Assembly: GCA_963792405.1 (NCBI GenBank)
Contig: CAWBVU010000005.1
Span: forward strand, 355,668 to 419,667
Origin: an uncultured Acidimicrobiia bacterium
Lineage (GTDB): Bacteria > Actinomycetota > Acidimicrobiia > Spongiisociales > UBA5794
DNA length: 64,000 nt
Direction of reading: 5' to 3'
Shown here: positions 50,988 through 64,000 of the stretch, piece after piece
Position numbering within the stretch: the stretch's first letter is position 1
Layout of the letters: every line of letters begins with the position of its first letter
Notes under the pieces: model-generated
Database searches by the model: none
Seen by the model: the letters and a program-made list of their open reading frames with translations, nothing else
Told to the model about the DNA's origin: nothing
Program-made: the position numbers and the translations under genes

Positions 50988-52744
50988 TTGTCCGGATGGT
51001 TCAGCGCGATACGACGGTGGCGATACGTCGCTTCGGCCGCCGTCGATTCCTCGTTGTGGTTCGTGGCCCTGTACGTGGCTGCACTGGCACGACTGAACTT
51101 CGAACCGAGCGCCATCGAGTTGGGCGACTACTTCGCCGTGGCGGCAGTGGCCGTCGTGGTACAACTCGTTGGCGGGGTCGCCGACGGCCTCTATCAGGGG
51201 CGGCGGACCATCGCCTCCTTCGGCGAGGTACTCCTCGTCGTCACCACATCGTCCATGGCGGGCATCGCCGCTCTCGCGATGGTGCTCCTCGGAGGATCCC
51301 CGAGCCTCCTGCCGGTGAGTGCGGTCCTCGCCGCAACGGCATATCAGATGCTCGGCGCCCTCGGCGTCCGCTACCTCGGCCGGCTCATCGTGGAGGTGCG
51401 TTCCCGCTCGCGCCACACCCGTGATCACCGAGTCATCGTCTTCGGGGCGGGTGACGCAGGCAGCCAGATCGTCCGTGCCCTCCAGAGGGACCGCACGACG
51501 GACCTCGATCCCGTGGGTCTCCTCGACGATGACCCGACGAAGCGAAGGCTGAGGGTCCACGGCGTGGCCGTCGTGGGCACCCGGGATGACATCGCACGGA
51601 GCGCGACCACCCTCGATGCCACCACGCTCCTCATTGCGATACCAAGCGCCTCCCAGAGCGACATCAACGACATCGCCGATGCTGCGCTCGAGGCGGGGCT
51701 CGCGGTGAAGATCCTGCCCACGCTCGGCGAGCTCACGACGGGGCAGGTACGTGTCGCCGACATCCGCGACATCGAACTCGCCGACTTCCTCAACAGGGAC
51801 GAGGTCACGATCGACGACGAATCCGTTCGGGGATATCTCGCAGGTAAGCGGGTCCTCGTCACCGGAGCGGGCGGCTCGATCGGTTCGGAGCTCTGCCGGA
51901 CGATCCTCCGGTTCGACCCCGCCCGCCTCGTCATGGTGGACCACGACGAGAACGCCCTCCATGCACTCCAACTGAGCATCGAAGGCCGGGCCCTTCTCGA
52001 GTCACCCGACCTGGTGCTGTGTGACATCCGCGACGAGGCAGCGCTGAGGACCGTCTTCGAGACCACCCATCCCCACGTCGTGTTCCACGCCGCGGCGCAC
52101 AAGCACGTGACCTTCCTCGAACGGTTCCCGGATGAGGCCCACAAGACGAACGTTCACGGCACCCGCAACGTGCTCCACGCCGCAGCGGATACGGGAGTGG
52201 AAGCCTTCGTGAACATCAGCAGCGACAAGGCCGCCGACCCGATCAACGTCCTGGGCGAGACCAAGCGGGAGGCGGAGGTCCTCACGGCCCTCATGAACCC
52301 ACCCAACGGTGGGCGCTACCTCTCGGTGCGGTTCGGCAACGTGCTGGGCTCCAATGGATCGGTGATCCCGACGTTCCTGGCTCAGATCGAACGGAACGAA
52401 CCGATCACCGTGACCGATCCCGACGCGACCCGCTTCTTCATGACGACCGCGGAGGCGGTGCTCCTCGTCCTCCAGGCGGGTGCCCTCGGCGAGAGCGGGG
52501 ACGTCCTCGTGCTCGACATGGGCGAACCGGTCAGCATCAACGACCTCGCCGTCCGCCTCTCGAGAAGGCTCAAGCCCGGGGCCGAGCCGAAAATCGTGTA
52601 CACGGGACTGCGTCCGGGGGAGAAGCTCCACGAGGTCCTCGTGTCGCCAGACGACGAGCCGCTGCCACGACCCCACCCACGCCTCCAGCGCTTCCGCGTG
52701 GTGACGCAGGACCTGGAGCCCGAGGCCGTGCCCCCGGGCGCGGT

Positions 52745-52748
<4 letters not shown>
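50988..52748 (+). CDS. Membrane-anchored UDP-HexNAc 4,6-dehydratase (CapD/PglF/WbpM family)
   Basis: Four N-terminal TM helices, then the SDR domain VLVTGAGGSIGSEL ... YGETK. Confidence 0.8.
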
Positions 52749-53871
<1,123 letters not shown>

Positions 53872-53875
<4 letters not shown>

Positions 53876-54486
53876 GCCGGGGCGATCTCCGCGGCTGGAT
53901 TGCCTGCGACGGTCGCACCCGCCCTGACATTCCGGATGACAACCGCGCCGGCACCGATCGTCGCGTCGTCACCAACGTGTACGCCCGGGAGGACCGTGGC
54001 TCCCGCACCGACGAGCACCCGTCGGCCGACCGAAGCACCGCCGGTGACCGTGGCGTGCGGGGCGACGTGGGAGAAGGCTCCAATCTCGACGTCGTGCTCG
54101 ACGATCGCGCCGGAGTTGACGATCGCTCCCTCTCCGATCGAGGCATCACATTGGATCACCGCTCCTGCGAGCACCACGACCCCTGCGGCCAGGGACGCGT
54201 GGCTGGACACCGACGACCATGGGTGCACCACCTGCAGCCATCGGTTCGTCGTGGTGGACGACACCCGTTCCCGAACCGCGTTGTCACCGATCCCATGGAT
54301 GAGCTCGCACGTCAGGGTTTGGACGAGGCCCAGGTCCCCGATCACGGGTACCGACAGCACGAACGCGCCGTCAAGGGCGGGGTCGTCATCAATGGCACCT
54401 GAGACGGCCACGCCCAGCGTTTCGACGGCATCGAGAACGACCTTCGCATGGCCTCCTGCCCCCACGATGACCGGGCCCTCAGCCAT
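53872..54486 (-). CDS. Sugar N-acetyltransferase (PglD/NeuD-like hexapeptide-repeat)
   Basis: N-terminal Rossmann-like [17 protein letters not shown] plus a left-handed beta-helix of hexapeptide repeats. Confidence 0.75.
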
Positions 54487-55140
54487 CGGGTGTTCCCTCG
54501 AACTTCGGCATCGTCGCCTCCCCCTGCGCCGAGATGCCCGACATGGAGAGCACCCGGCCCACGGTCATGAACAGGATCTTGAGATCGAGCCACACGCTGC
54601 GGTGGTCAACGTACCAGACGTCGAGCGCCAGCCGCCGTTCCCACGTGGTGTCGTTGCGGTCGAGGACCTGGGCCAGCCCCGTGATTCCGGGACGGACCTC
54701 ATGGCGGCGTCGCTGGTCCTCCGAGTACAGCGGCAGGTACTCCATCAGCAGCGGACGGGGCCCAACGAGGCTCATGTCGCCCTTGACGACATTCCACAGC
54801 TCCGGGAGTTCGTCGAGACTCGTCGATCTCAGAAGGCGCCCCGCAGGCGTGAGGCGGTCGGCGTCCACGACTGTCGCAGCACGGAGCCATCATCGTGCGG
54901 AACTTGTACAGGGTGAACGACTTGCCGAGATGGCCTGGCCGTTCTTGTCGAAAGAGGACTGGTCGGCCCATCGTCGTCCGGACGAAGGCAGCGACAACGA
55001 GGGCCACAGGAGTAAGAACGCCCAGGACAGCCGAGGCAACGATCAGGTCGAGCGTCTCGCTTCAGACGCTCCTCCGACGAGGGAGTCCAGCAGGCATTCG
55101 ATCTTCCGGCCACGCCCCGGCTCGGTGTGCGGCGACCCAT
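54479..55140 (-). CDS. Phosphoglycosyl transferase (PglC-like small bacterial sugar transferase), at least 2 frameshifts
   Basis: Hand-joined sequence [46 protein letters not shown]...YKFRTM // [38 protein letters not shown], spread across three frames. Confidence 0.55.
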
Positions 55141-56231
55141 CGCCTCCCCTTGGCGCCCAGACTCCGGCGCTCCGAGGCGTGAGCTCCGCCATTCGGAGCA
55201 TTGCCGACTCGAGGTGCTCGGGCTCGACGACGATGCCCAGCTTCGACTTCACGACGAGGTCTCCGACCTCGCCGGGCGCATTCGTGATCACGGGAAGCCC
55301 TGCGGCCATGTACTCGAACAGCTTGTTCGGGCTCACGCCGAATCGAAACAACGGGACATCGGCAAGCACATGCACCCCGATCGGGCATCGGCGAGGACGT
55401 CGGGCATGTCTGCTTTGGGGACGGGCTGGACGAACTCGACATTCCCGATCTTCTCGAGCCTTGCACGCTGAGCAAGGGCCTCCTTCACGACCCCATCGCC
55501 AACGAGCACGACCCGAATGTGAGGTCCCGTCGCTTCGAGCTCCGCGGCGGCATCCAGGAGGAGATCCAGGCCATTTGCAGGACCGTGCGCCCCGGCGTAC
55601 ATGAACGTGACCGGAAGCGTGTCCTGATCCGGCTCTACGACTGCGAAGCGATCGATGTCTGCCCCGTTCGGAATGAACAGGACTCGCTTCTCCTCGCCCA
55701 CAATTCTCCGGATGACGAACTCCGAGCCTCGTGCGAGAACGACGATCGCATCGGCTGACCGATACAAGTACCTCTCGAGCCGGTGAGTACCCGGTACAGC
55801 AGCGAATTCTGACTCAGTCGTCCCATGTCGACCAGTATCTGAGGCCACAGGTCGCGGAATCTCGAGGACGAATGGCACACGCCGCAGCCGCGCAACCGCC
55901 AAGCCGGCTGCTGCCGCAAGGAGATGTGGCGAGGAGGCGTAGACGATGCTCGGCTTCGGTCCGCTAGGCCCGTGACCAGCGATCCGATTGCGTACGACAC
56001 CCAGTTCAGGATCCGAGCGACGCCGTTCGAGGTGTATGGCGACGTCCACACGAATCGGAATCGTGGGTCATCGGTGACCGTGCGCCGCCGGTCGAGCAGA
56101 TTGCGGTCGGCGGCGATGATACGCACGTCCCAGCGATCGCTTAGCGCGCCGAACATCTCGACGTGGCGCGTACCCCCCGGAGCTCCATCGGGCACGGCGA
56201 AGTGGTTGAGCACGAGGACTCGTTCAGCCAA
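55100..56231 (-). pseudogene. GT4 glycosyltransferase (WbuB-like), at least 4 frameshifts
   Basis: N-terminus MAERVLVLNHFAVPDGAPGGTRHVEMF (ORF 55635..56231). Middle and C-terminal segments fall in ORFs 55333..56049 and 55043..55375 (SPNKLFEYMAAGLPVI). Confidence 0.55.
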
Positions 56232-58228
56232 GGGTGACCTCTGCTGTGTGGTGGTCTCCGCTCACGTCCACCTCGAGCCGCGCACCGCGTGCCCGGAACG
56301 TGACACTGTAAGCAGGACCGTCCCGAGGGGGCATCCCATCTGGCGTCCAATCGAACCCGCTTGGGCCGCCGTCATCGGTGCCGTAGGTGATCGCCCATGC
56401 GGGCCTCCAGTGGCCATAGGTGTCGCTCCACCAACCGGCCATCGGCTCGGTCGCTCCCCTCGAAGGCGCCTCCCAGGATGCACCGTGGAGTCTCAGGGTC
56501 CCGCACCCTTCGCTCGAGCGCGAACATACCCTCCCCGACCGGAATGAGATCGTTCACGTCTGGGCCGATTTGAAGCGTCGTTTCGGAATCGGCCACAGGC
56601 CCTCCGTCAAGTCCCGAACCTGGACTGATCCGTAGTCGGAGACGCTCACGGTCCGCACAACCCGACACGGGGAGTCCGGCGATGAGTAGGCATCGTGGAT
56701 TCCCCACATCACGATGCCACCGCATAGCGGATTGGCTCTCCGACGACGCCATTGGCTGATGTGAGCCATCGGAAGGCACGGTGTGGCTCCAATTGCTCAG
56801 CGCCTGCCACCCGCAGGACGTTGTGGCTCGCCGAACCGCGGAAGTGGTTGCGAACGGTGATGTCCCCGTTGTAGGTCCCGGTCCCGGCGTCGCCGAGGAT
56901 GACCGTATCTCGGTACACGACAGACACGGACGACAGGTCGGCGTGACCATGCGAGGGCCCGCTTCCCATCTTGAGCCACACGATTGTCGACGCACGCCCG
57001 ACGCGCGCGATCCCTGCACCGAGGTCGAATCCGTTGCCTTCGGCTGGCTCGGCGTCTACGGGTACCCCCACGCCTGCATGCCACGCGACCTCGTCGAAAC
57101 GTGCCCGCTGTCCTCTGGCGACCCCGTTCCTCCCAGCGCCAGCGCCAGAGCGACGGACCCAGCGAGCCCAGTGGGATCGCCCGCCGTTGTCAGGACCCTG
57201 CCCTCGTCCCAGTCGCCGTACTGGGGAATGTATCCGGCGTTGACGCCGAGACGGGACAGGAACTGGGCGGCGGACACCATCTGCCTATCGACGAGGCTCG
57301 GTGATGCTCCGAGGAGGTGGCGCGTGATGAGCATCTCAAGGACGAATCGGTGATAGGAAACCGAGTCCTCGACCATCGACCCGTCGACCCTCATGTGTCG
57401 TCTCAGTTGGGCTCCGAAGATGCGGTCCCCGAGCGAACCCACCGCTCACGGCCGAACGCCATACCAAGGGCGATGAGCCCGAGCGCATCACCGAGCAGGT
57501 GGTTGTTGCGCATGGTGCTCACGGTGTAGGGAAGGTCCGCAATGAGGTGCCGCCCGGCGTGGTAGAGATGAAGGTCCATTTCCTCGCGCTGCGGCGACGA
57601 GATCGCCTCACCTGCGAGAGCGATCACCTGAAGCCACGCGATCGCGCGGAGCGCGATCTCGAGGTTCGAGTACCAGTGGACTCCGACCTCGGGTGGATTG
57701 GCGTTCAGCCACGAAGCCAGTTGGGCATCGAGCGCATCCGAGTACCGAGGATCGGTCGGTGCAAGGTGCACGGCCCGTGCGAGTACCACGAGGTGGCGAT
57801 GCCGACCGAGCTCCCAAGCCCATTTCACGTCACCCGCTCGCCGGTCGGAACGAATGTCGATCTGCCACCAGTGGTCCGGTCGCCCAGTGCCCTTCGCTCT
57901 CGACCACCGCGTGCCAATCGGGAACCTCCGCCACCGGGATCCTCCGCCCGAACAGCAGGGCTCCCTCGCGAAGGATCAGATCGGCTTCGGCGAGGTTCCT
58001 CTGTGCGATGCTGTCCGGCACGCTGGCAGGGATACCCAGCGGCATGTGAAGGGGGGGAACACGTCTGCGAGGAGGAACCACAAGCCTGAAGACCGCATCA
58101 TGGCCCCCGAGCCGCTTCGAGCCCTCATAGGCCGCACGCAGCGGCGCCCCAGTGCCCAGCGCCCTCACGTCACCCCATGCTCGCCGGAGCGTCGAACCGC
58201 TTCCCCGATCCGCACCCGTCATGACCAA
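56224..58228 (-). pseudogene. Heparinase II/III-like family protein, multiply frameshifted
   Basis: Segments in ORFs 57830..58228, 57403..57828 (WELGRHRHL...SWLNANPPEVGVHWYSNLEIALRAIAW), 57056..57442, 56709..57071 (GSGPSHGHADLSS) and 56224..56442. Confidence 0.5.
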
Positions 58229-60344
58229 GTGAGGTCGATCGCCGCACCCGTCATCATCGACTCGATCGCCGCGATCGCCGTTCGCGACGTGACGAATGCC
58301 GATTCTGCCAGCGGGGCAGCGTCCCGCGTCCCCTCGATCGCCTCCCTGAACACAACGAACTCGGCCGCGTGGCCCTTGTCCGCCGGCTTAAACTTCGTCG
58401 TCTTCACCGACGTTGGGCTGCGGAGCGTGAGGGAGCGATAGTCATCGATTTCTGCGCTCCTGTCTCCTCGGCGAATGTCGACACGTTCCTTGCTCGACCC
58501 CTTCGGCGCACCTGCCGTGTACACGATCACCGCCTGGGAGCCCGACGGGTAGTCGAGTGTGATGGTGAAGTTCTCATCGAGCAGCAGTTCACCGACACCC
58601 GACCCGATGGCATACACCCCACGAGGGCTCTCACCAACGATCGCATTGCACGTATCGATGAAGTGACACCCCTCACCGAGCAGCCGCCCACCCTGGCGCC
58701 GGTCCTTGAGCCAATGGCCTTCCGGCAGTGATCCCGCATGGACCCGGTAGACGATCTGGATCGGGCCGCCGGTGCCAACGAATTCCCTGGCCGCCTTGAC
58801 TGCTGGAGACCACCTGCGATTGAAGCCGACCATGAGCACTGCTGTCGATTGGCTCCGGCGTCGGCCACGTGGCTGAGCTCCTCCTCGGACAGGGCAAGCG
58901 GCTTCTCGCAAAACACATGCTTGGCCGCGCCAAGACTTTGGGTCACATAGTCAGCGTGTGAGTCGTGACGTGACGCAATGAAGACAACCTTGGTCTCGTC
59001 GTCTTGCAGAACATCGTCGAAGTTGGTTACCGCGGACGCGGATCCGTACCGCTGCCCCAGTGCGACCGACGAGACGCCGCTTGCTGATACAACCGACCTC
59101 CAATGTGAGAATCCAGCCGCGCTCGCCGCGGGAACAAGAACCTCATCAGCGAAGCGACCGGCCCCGATAAGTGAGCTTGCCAGGCTGTCCTTCTGAGCCT
59201 TCCGAGGCCCAAGCTTGATGGCAGACGCTTGCGAAGCCTGGTCCGCCTTGTACTCCAACAGGATGCCCAGGTACGGGTCCTCGCCCTTGAAAGTCTCGAA
59301 CGCTTTGACTGCGTCGTCAAACGCGAACCTGTGGGTTATCAGATCACGAACCTGAAGCTTGCCATCGGATATGAGGTTTACGACTGTCTGAAGATTGCGC
59401 TTGATCGTCGGCGGTTCGTAGCCAACCGGGTAGTCGATTCCGAGCCTCTCATAGGTGGGGTCGTACCTTCCAGCTCCGTACGGGCGCGATATTCTCACCG
59501 CCAGTTCCTTCTCGTACATGAGCCGCCGATCGAGCTCAAGCCCAACGTCTCCGACGACGACAATCGTTCCACGATCGCGGGCGAGCTGCGCCGCCAGCTC
59601 CACGGGGGCCGACGAGGGTGTGGCAGCTGCCACCACCACAGCGTCGACGCCGCCCCCTTCTGCCCACTCTCGGATCGATTCGGCCATTGATGCGCTATCG
59701 AACGCCTGAAACCCCGCGTCGTTCGCACGCAGGACCTTCCAGGGATCGATGTCGGTCCCTGCGGTGCGGTACCCGAATGCCGCAGCCAAGCGAAGTGTCA
59801 GCTGGCCAATGAGTCCGAGGCCGATGACCGCCACCGAGCTGCCCAGGCTGAGATCGCACAGACGGAGCCCGTGAAGACCTACGGCAGCGATCGCAGAAAA
59901 GCACCCCTCTTCGTAGCTCACGGAACTTGGCAAGAGCGCACACATGTTGGATTGGACAACCTGGAGTTCGGAGTGGCCCGAGCCAGCAGTGACAACCCGG
60001 TCACCTTCGCGGAGGCCCTCCGCTGCTGATCCCGCCTCGGTGACAACACCGCTGGCCGAGTAGCCAACGGGGATCGACTCTTCGAGCCTTGAGCGAACGG
60101 CCTCCGCGGTGGATCGAAGGCCGTCAGACCGAGCTCTGTCTATCACAGCGCGAACGAGGTCGGGACGCGCCCTAGCCTTTGTGAGCAGAGATGCAGACGC
60201 GAGCTGCCGCGCTGCCTTCTCCGTACCACTCGAAATCAAACTCGATCGTACCGATACTGCCACGCCGGTGGACTCCGGCCTCGCTGGGAGCCCAGAGGCC
60301 AGTGACAAGGCGCCGTCTGACACAGATAGAACAAGTGACCTCAT
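58219..60344 (-). CDS. Bi-domain oxidoreductase (Zn-dependent alcohol dehydrogenase domain plus Gfo/Idh/MocA domain); one frameshift near 58900
   Basis: N-terminal MDR/ADH fold with a Rossmann motif (SVAVIGLGLIGQL). A second Rossmann motif (VVFIASRHDSHADY...CEKPLA) and the Gfo/Idh/MocA C-terminal domain (VLMVGFNRRWSP) lie in ORF 58219..58911. Confidence 0.6.
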
Positions 60345-60431
60345 CGCACTCCCCTCAAGGTGCTGAGGCTAGACAAGTCGCCGTCCTCAGCTCCGTGAAT
60401 CGGCACCCCTCGACTCAGCATTCGTGCTTTC

Positions 60432-61650
60432 TCACCCAGCCTTGGCGGCTGCGGACCGAAGGACGCGTACGTATTCCGATGCGACTGATACCCAATCAGG
60501 CGGAGGACTCGGAGAAGGGACTCGCCGACTCCCGGCCAGCGTTCGCACTATCGCAAGACCAAGCGCCTCTGCATCCCCCAGCGAATACAGATGAAGGCCC
60601 TCGTCTGATCGGTCACGAACCGGGAGGTCAGACGCCACGACCGGTACATGCACGGCTCGGGCCTCGTGAACACCTAGGTCGAAGGATTCAAGACGGCTTG
60701 TGCTCACGAGCAGGTCGCACTCATGGAACTCTCGGGGCATATCGGAATGGCACACGAAACCCCCAAACTCGACCAGACCCTCAACTCCAGCACCTTTGAC
60801 GCTTGCCAGGACTCCCTCTTGCTCGGCTTCGCTGAAGCCTCCCAGTAGCCGCACCTCAACCCGCCCCTTGTGTGCCGATCTCACGTGTGGAAGAGCCTCC
60901 AGCAGCTCGATGAGGTTCTTGTGGGGGGAGCTGTTGCCAATCCAGAGTATGCGGGCAACTCCCTCTTTCGGGCTGGCACACGAGTCCGGCAGGAACACGT
61001 CATCGATACCGTTCGGAATCAGATGCAACCGCTCGCGAACACGAGGTTCGCGCACAGCGACGAGATCACACGCGTATGCACTCACGCACACTCCGACGGC
61101 CCCAGTCTTCAACGTGCCCAACAGCAGCGCACGCTGAAGACGTCGTTTTAGCTTTGACGACCAAGGCGCACGCCGATCAACCACGAAGTGATGAGCGTTC
61201 TGGACAACCACGGCTTGAGGCACGCCAGAACAGACCAGACCGAATCCTCCAATGCCGAGAATGACATCGCACTCGGCTTCACGTGCGATCGCTGCCAGCC
61301 TTACTTGCTCCCACCACGGTCGCAGATAGGCGAGTCGCCAACCATCCCACCCTGACAAATGTCGCACACGACTGTTCACTTGCGCTTGAAGGAAGAAGGT
61401 CGTCCTTCACTAGCACAACGACATCAACTCCTTCGATCTTGCACAGCCCACCAAGTAGCCCTGCTGCGACCACCAGACCACCTCCGGGAGCCACCGACAG
61501 AGCGTTCATGAGAATGCGCAGCGGCTCTCCAGCCCCCCCGTGAGCACGGAGGGCCTCGGGGACCTCCGACAGCCGTTCACACGCGTGGTTGTGGTTTCCT
61601 ATCACTAGCTTCACCCCATCTGCTGTGACCGCCGCACACGGGACTACCAA
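60432..61650 (-). CDS. GT4-family glycosyltransferase; one frameshift near 61340
   Basis: N-terminus in ORF 61279..61650 (KLVIGNHNHA...RILMNALSVAPGGG). C-terminal GT4 domain in ORF 60432..61379. Confidence 0.6.
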
Positions 61651-61889
61651 CCGAAGTGCGCGGCAGTCCCGGGTTTCGGCACATCGCGAAGACGACGTCT
61701 ACGCCGGGCCGCTGAAGGATCGAGTCGTCCACCGCTCGGAGTAGGTGCCTGAACACGAACCCAATCGTCACGAGCAGCCTACCGGACAACAGCTGCGGCG
61801 AAGTAGGATCGGGTTTCCGCAGGGCGAGAGGGTCGGTGACCGCGTCTCTGCAGCGAATAGTCACAACTGAGGGGACGTGGCCTCGACCG

Positions 61890-63053
61890 ATGAACAAGCG
61901 GGGTCGGAATGGTTGGAGTGGCAAGGAGGGCGGGGGTGTCGAAGGCACCCGAGTTCTATTCGCGTCCGCAGGGTTTCAGCTGCCCGGGGGCATTTCGAAT
62001 CTTGCCGAGACGACTCTTTCTGCCCTCAATCAGCTTGTTGCCAAGGGGCGGTTGGCTTCCGTCGACGCAGTCTCACTGCTCGATGGCGACTCCACGAAGA
62101 CGAGAACTCCCACCAGCGTGAATGCCTGCAACGGAAGCAAGCCCAGATTCGTGCGGGAGCTGGGAAGACGAGCCTACGCCAGCGACGTGATCATCTTCGA
62201 CTCGGTCGGTCCGGCAAGGGCGATGAGCCTTCTCCCGTGGTGCCGCACCCCCGTGGCAACCTTCGTGCACGGAATCGAGGTTGACCGTCCCATCCGCAAG
62301 ACGCTCATTCGTCCACTGAAGCAGGCGACGTGCCTGCTATGCGTCTCGCCCACGACCCTCAAGAAGGTCCGGGAGAACGTTGCGCGCTCATCTGGCGGCT
62401 CAATCGTCCTCGCACCCGGGATCTCTCCCGATCGGATTCAACTGTGGTCCGGCGTTGAGAGCCGGAAGACACCAGGCATCGTGCTGGCAGTAGGGCGAAT
62501 CGACCCTCGGCAACCAGGCAAGGGTTTCGATACCCTCGTTCGCTCGATGATGGCCGTTAATTCCCGGGTTCCCGGTGCACAGCTGTGGATTGTTGGTGAA
62601 GGCGAGGGCTTGGGGTCGCTACGCAGCCTCTCTATCGATCTCGAGATAGCCGATCGGGTGCGATTCTTGGGTCGCGTTAGTGATCGGGATCTCGGTGAGA
62701 TCTACCGAACAGCCAGCGTGTTTGCGATGCCGAGCAGGCAGGAGGGGTTCGGACTGGTCTACGCAGAGGCCATGTGGCATGGTCTGCCGTGTCTCGGGTC
62801 TGTTGCCGACGCTGCATCGGATGTCATCCAACATGGTCGTACCGGCCTGCTGGTGCCATTCGGGGACGCCGAGGCGACCGCCGAAGCGCTTGTCCGCCTG
62901 CTGGGTGATCCCGAGTACTCCGATCGACTCGGCAGAAATGGACAGTTGCTGGCACGAGAGCGGTACTCACCCGCCGCCTACGAAAGTCGCCTCGCCGAAG
63001 CGATCGCTTGTTTGCTGCCGGAGAGAAGCGGCCGATCCAAGCAGGGGAAGTAG
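61890..63053 (+). CDS. GT4-family glycosyltransferase (RfaG-like)
   Basis: EGFGLVYAEAMWHGLPCLGS motif. Start uncertain: Met at 61890, or the GTG near VEGTRVLF. Confidence 0.7.
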   Translation: MNKRGRNGWSGKEGGGVEGTRVLFASAGFQLPGGISNLAETTLSALNQLVAKGRLASVDAVSLLDGDSTKTRTPTSVNACNGSKPRFVRELGRRAYASDVIIFDSVGPARAMSLLPWCRTPVATFVHGIEVDRPIRKTLIRPLKQATCLLCVSPTTLKKVRENVARSSGGSIVLAPGISPDRIQLWSGVESRKTPGIVLAVGRIDPRQPGKGFDTLVRSMMAVNSRVPGAQLWIVGEGEGLGSLRSLSIDLEIADRVRFLGRVSDRDLGEIYRTASVFAMPSRQEGFGLVYAEAMWHGLPCLGSVADAASDVIQHGRTGLLVPFGDAEATAEALVRLLGDPEYSDRLGRNGQLLARERYSPAAYESRLAEAIACLLPERSGRSKQGK

Positions 63054-63478
63054 TCGTCGCAATTCATCGTAGGAGCAGCCAAGCCATCCAGGACCTGTGG
63101 CACCGCGCCAAGAAGTATGGACCTAGCCTGTCCGCCATTGCCGTCGTGCGGCTGTTTGCTGGTGTGGGCGCCATGTTGGCGTTGCGGGTCCTCACCGAGG
63201 CAGTCGAGCCTTCCCAGCTCGGCGATTTCAGACTCCTCACCGGTCTAGGCCTGCTGCTTGCTGCCGTCGGAATGGCGCCCATCGGCCGGTACGCAATGCG
63301 CGACATACACGATGCCGAAGGGGCCGGCCTGGGGAGCAGCCAAGTGGGTACTGCGCGGCAAGGTGAAGCAATGGCTGCGGTAGGAGTACTCGCCGTTTCG
63401 GCGATGCTTGGGCTTGCTGTCTTTGCTGCGACTGGTGATGTCACCCGCATTCCTGGGTTCGGGCGGGCGCCTATTTAG
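63008..63478 (+). CDS. Membrane protein, possibly a truncated Wzx/MOP-type flippase N-terminal fragment
   Basis: 156 aa with three or four TM helices. Ends abruptly in front of an AT-rich segment. Overlaps the GT4 stop by 46 nt. Family assignment is a guess. Confidence 0.3.
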   Translation: MFAAGEKRPIQAGEVVVAIHRRSSQAIQDLWHRAKKYGPSLSAIAVVRLFAGVGAMLALRVLTEAVEPSQLGDFRLLTGLGLLLAAVGMAPIGRYAMRDIHDAEGAGLGSSQVGTARQGEAMAAVGVLAVSAMLGLAVFAATGDVTRIPGFGRAPI

Positions 63479-63533
63479 ATATGGTTTTCCAGTTCCTCTT
63501 CGTGAGTCCCTAGGTCCGACCTAAACTGACTCA

Positions 63534-63539
63534 TATAAT
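63534..63539 (+). promoter_or_regulatory. Consensus -10 box TATAAT in an AT-rich spacer (GGTGG RBS at ~63554, ATG at 63562)
   Basis: Positions 63480-63560 are about 45% GC against about 70% elsewhere. No convincing -35 element. Confidence 0.3.
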
Positions 63540-63561
63540 TGTATCCCTCATACGGTGGTAT

Positions 63562-64000
63562 ATGGTAACCTGGGATATTACCCTACCAGGTGGCGTATTT
63601 ATCCGCCCCCTCAGGGGTAGAAGCGTGCTCTTCCTGTCATCGGCGCTGATGTTTCTAGTCTCCGGGTCGAAGATCGGTGTTATCAGCGTCGTCTTTGCAG
63701 TTGCTGCGACCAACACGCTCTCAAGACGTAGGCTCAATCCCCGAGTGCTTGGGATCGGTCTTGTCGTGACGGCTTTCGTATTTGTGTTCGTCAATCAGTA
63801 TCGCACGGAGATCCGGTACGGAGGTGCTTCGATCACCGAGAGCGCCACGACGAATCTGGAGCGGCTAGCGAGCGGTAGTGGTCCGTTTCGTACTGCCATA
63901 TCGGGCATCACATCTGTGCTTCTGCGTGCGGAAAACCTCGAAGAAGTGGCCGTTACCCTCAGGCTGAGTCCCAGCCGCTTCGCCTACAAGTCGCTGGCCG
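63562..64000 (+). CDS. Membrane protein, partial (runs off the window end); Wzy-like polymerase or other lower-GC glycan-locus membrane protein
   Basis: Open frame from 63514 to the window end, with ATG at 63562 and GTG at 63625. Hydrophobic segments LFLSSALMFLVSGSKIGVISVVFAVAA and VLGIGLVVTAFVFVFV. GC about 55%. Confidence 0.35.
   Translation, partial: MVTWDITLPGGVFIRPLRGRSVLFLSSALMFLVSGSKIGVISVVFAVAATNTLSRRRLNPRVLGIGLVVTAFVFVFVNQYRTEIRYGGASITESATTNLERLASGSGPFRTAISGITSVLLRAENLEEVAVTLRLSPSRFAYKSLA

Overview
The window is about 64 kb of high-GC (~68-70%) DNA that looks like an Actinobacteria-type chromosome. Lineage clues are a bS22 ribosomal mini-protein, a PAC2-family protein, LCP enzymes and a DinB_2/DUF664 protein. 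Three themes dominate. (1) Two cell-envelope glycan loci. Locus I (0.8-12.6 kb) has a WecB/TagA-type glycosyltransferase, two paralogous GT4 glycosyltransferases, a sugar nucleotidyltransferase, an epimerase, a UDP-glucose dehydrogenase and a priming sugar transferase. Locus II (49.6-64 kb) has a WecC-like dehydrogenase, a PglF/PglE/PglD/PglC-like cassette, a frameshifted GT4 next to a heparinase II/III-like gene and a bi-domain oxidoreductase, further GT4 genes and Wzx/Wzy-like remnants in a low-GC tail. Two LCP-family ligases and a multiply frameshifted Wzz/BY-kinase gene sit between them. (2) A lasso-peptide (RiPP) biosynthetic cassette: NTP_transf_5-like nucleotidyltransferase, PqqD/B1, transglutaminase-like B2, HPr-kinase-like kinase, Asn-synthetase-like cyclase, a 56-aa precursor that falls under the ORF-track length cutoff, and a SAM methyltransferase. 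It is present as a ~5.33-kb tandem duplication (35.6-46.3 kb), followed by a third, decayed cyclase homolog. (3) An abundant family of composite GC-rich hairpin repeats at seven intergenic loci (~3 kb in total), one pair flanking a DUF559 endonuclease gene. There is also a 1047-aa secreted repeat protein carrying three perfect 321-bp tandem repeats. At least 15 genes carry +/-1 frameshifts, most traceable to short G/C runs. This is either gene decay or indel error in the assembly; the sequence alone cannot say which. No tRNA, rRNA, CRISPR array, IS element or transposase was found.
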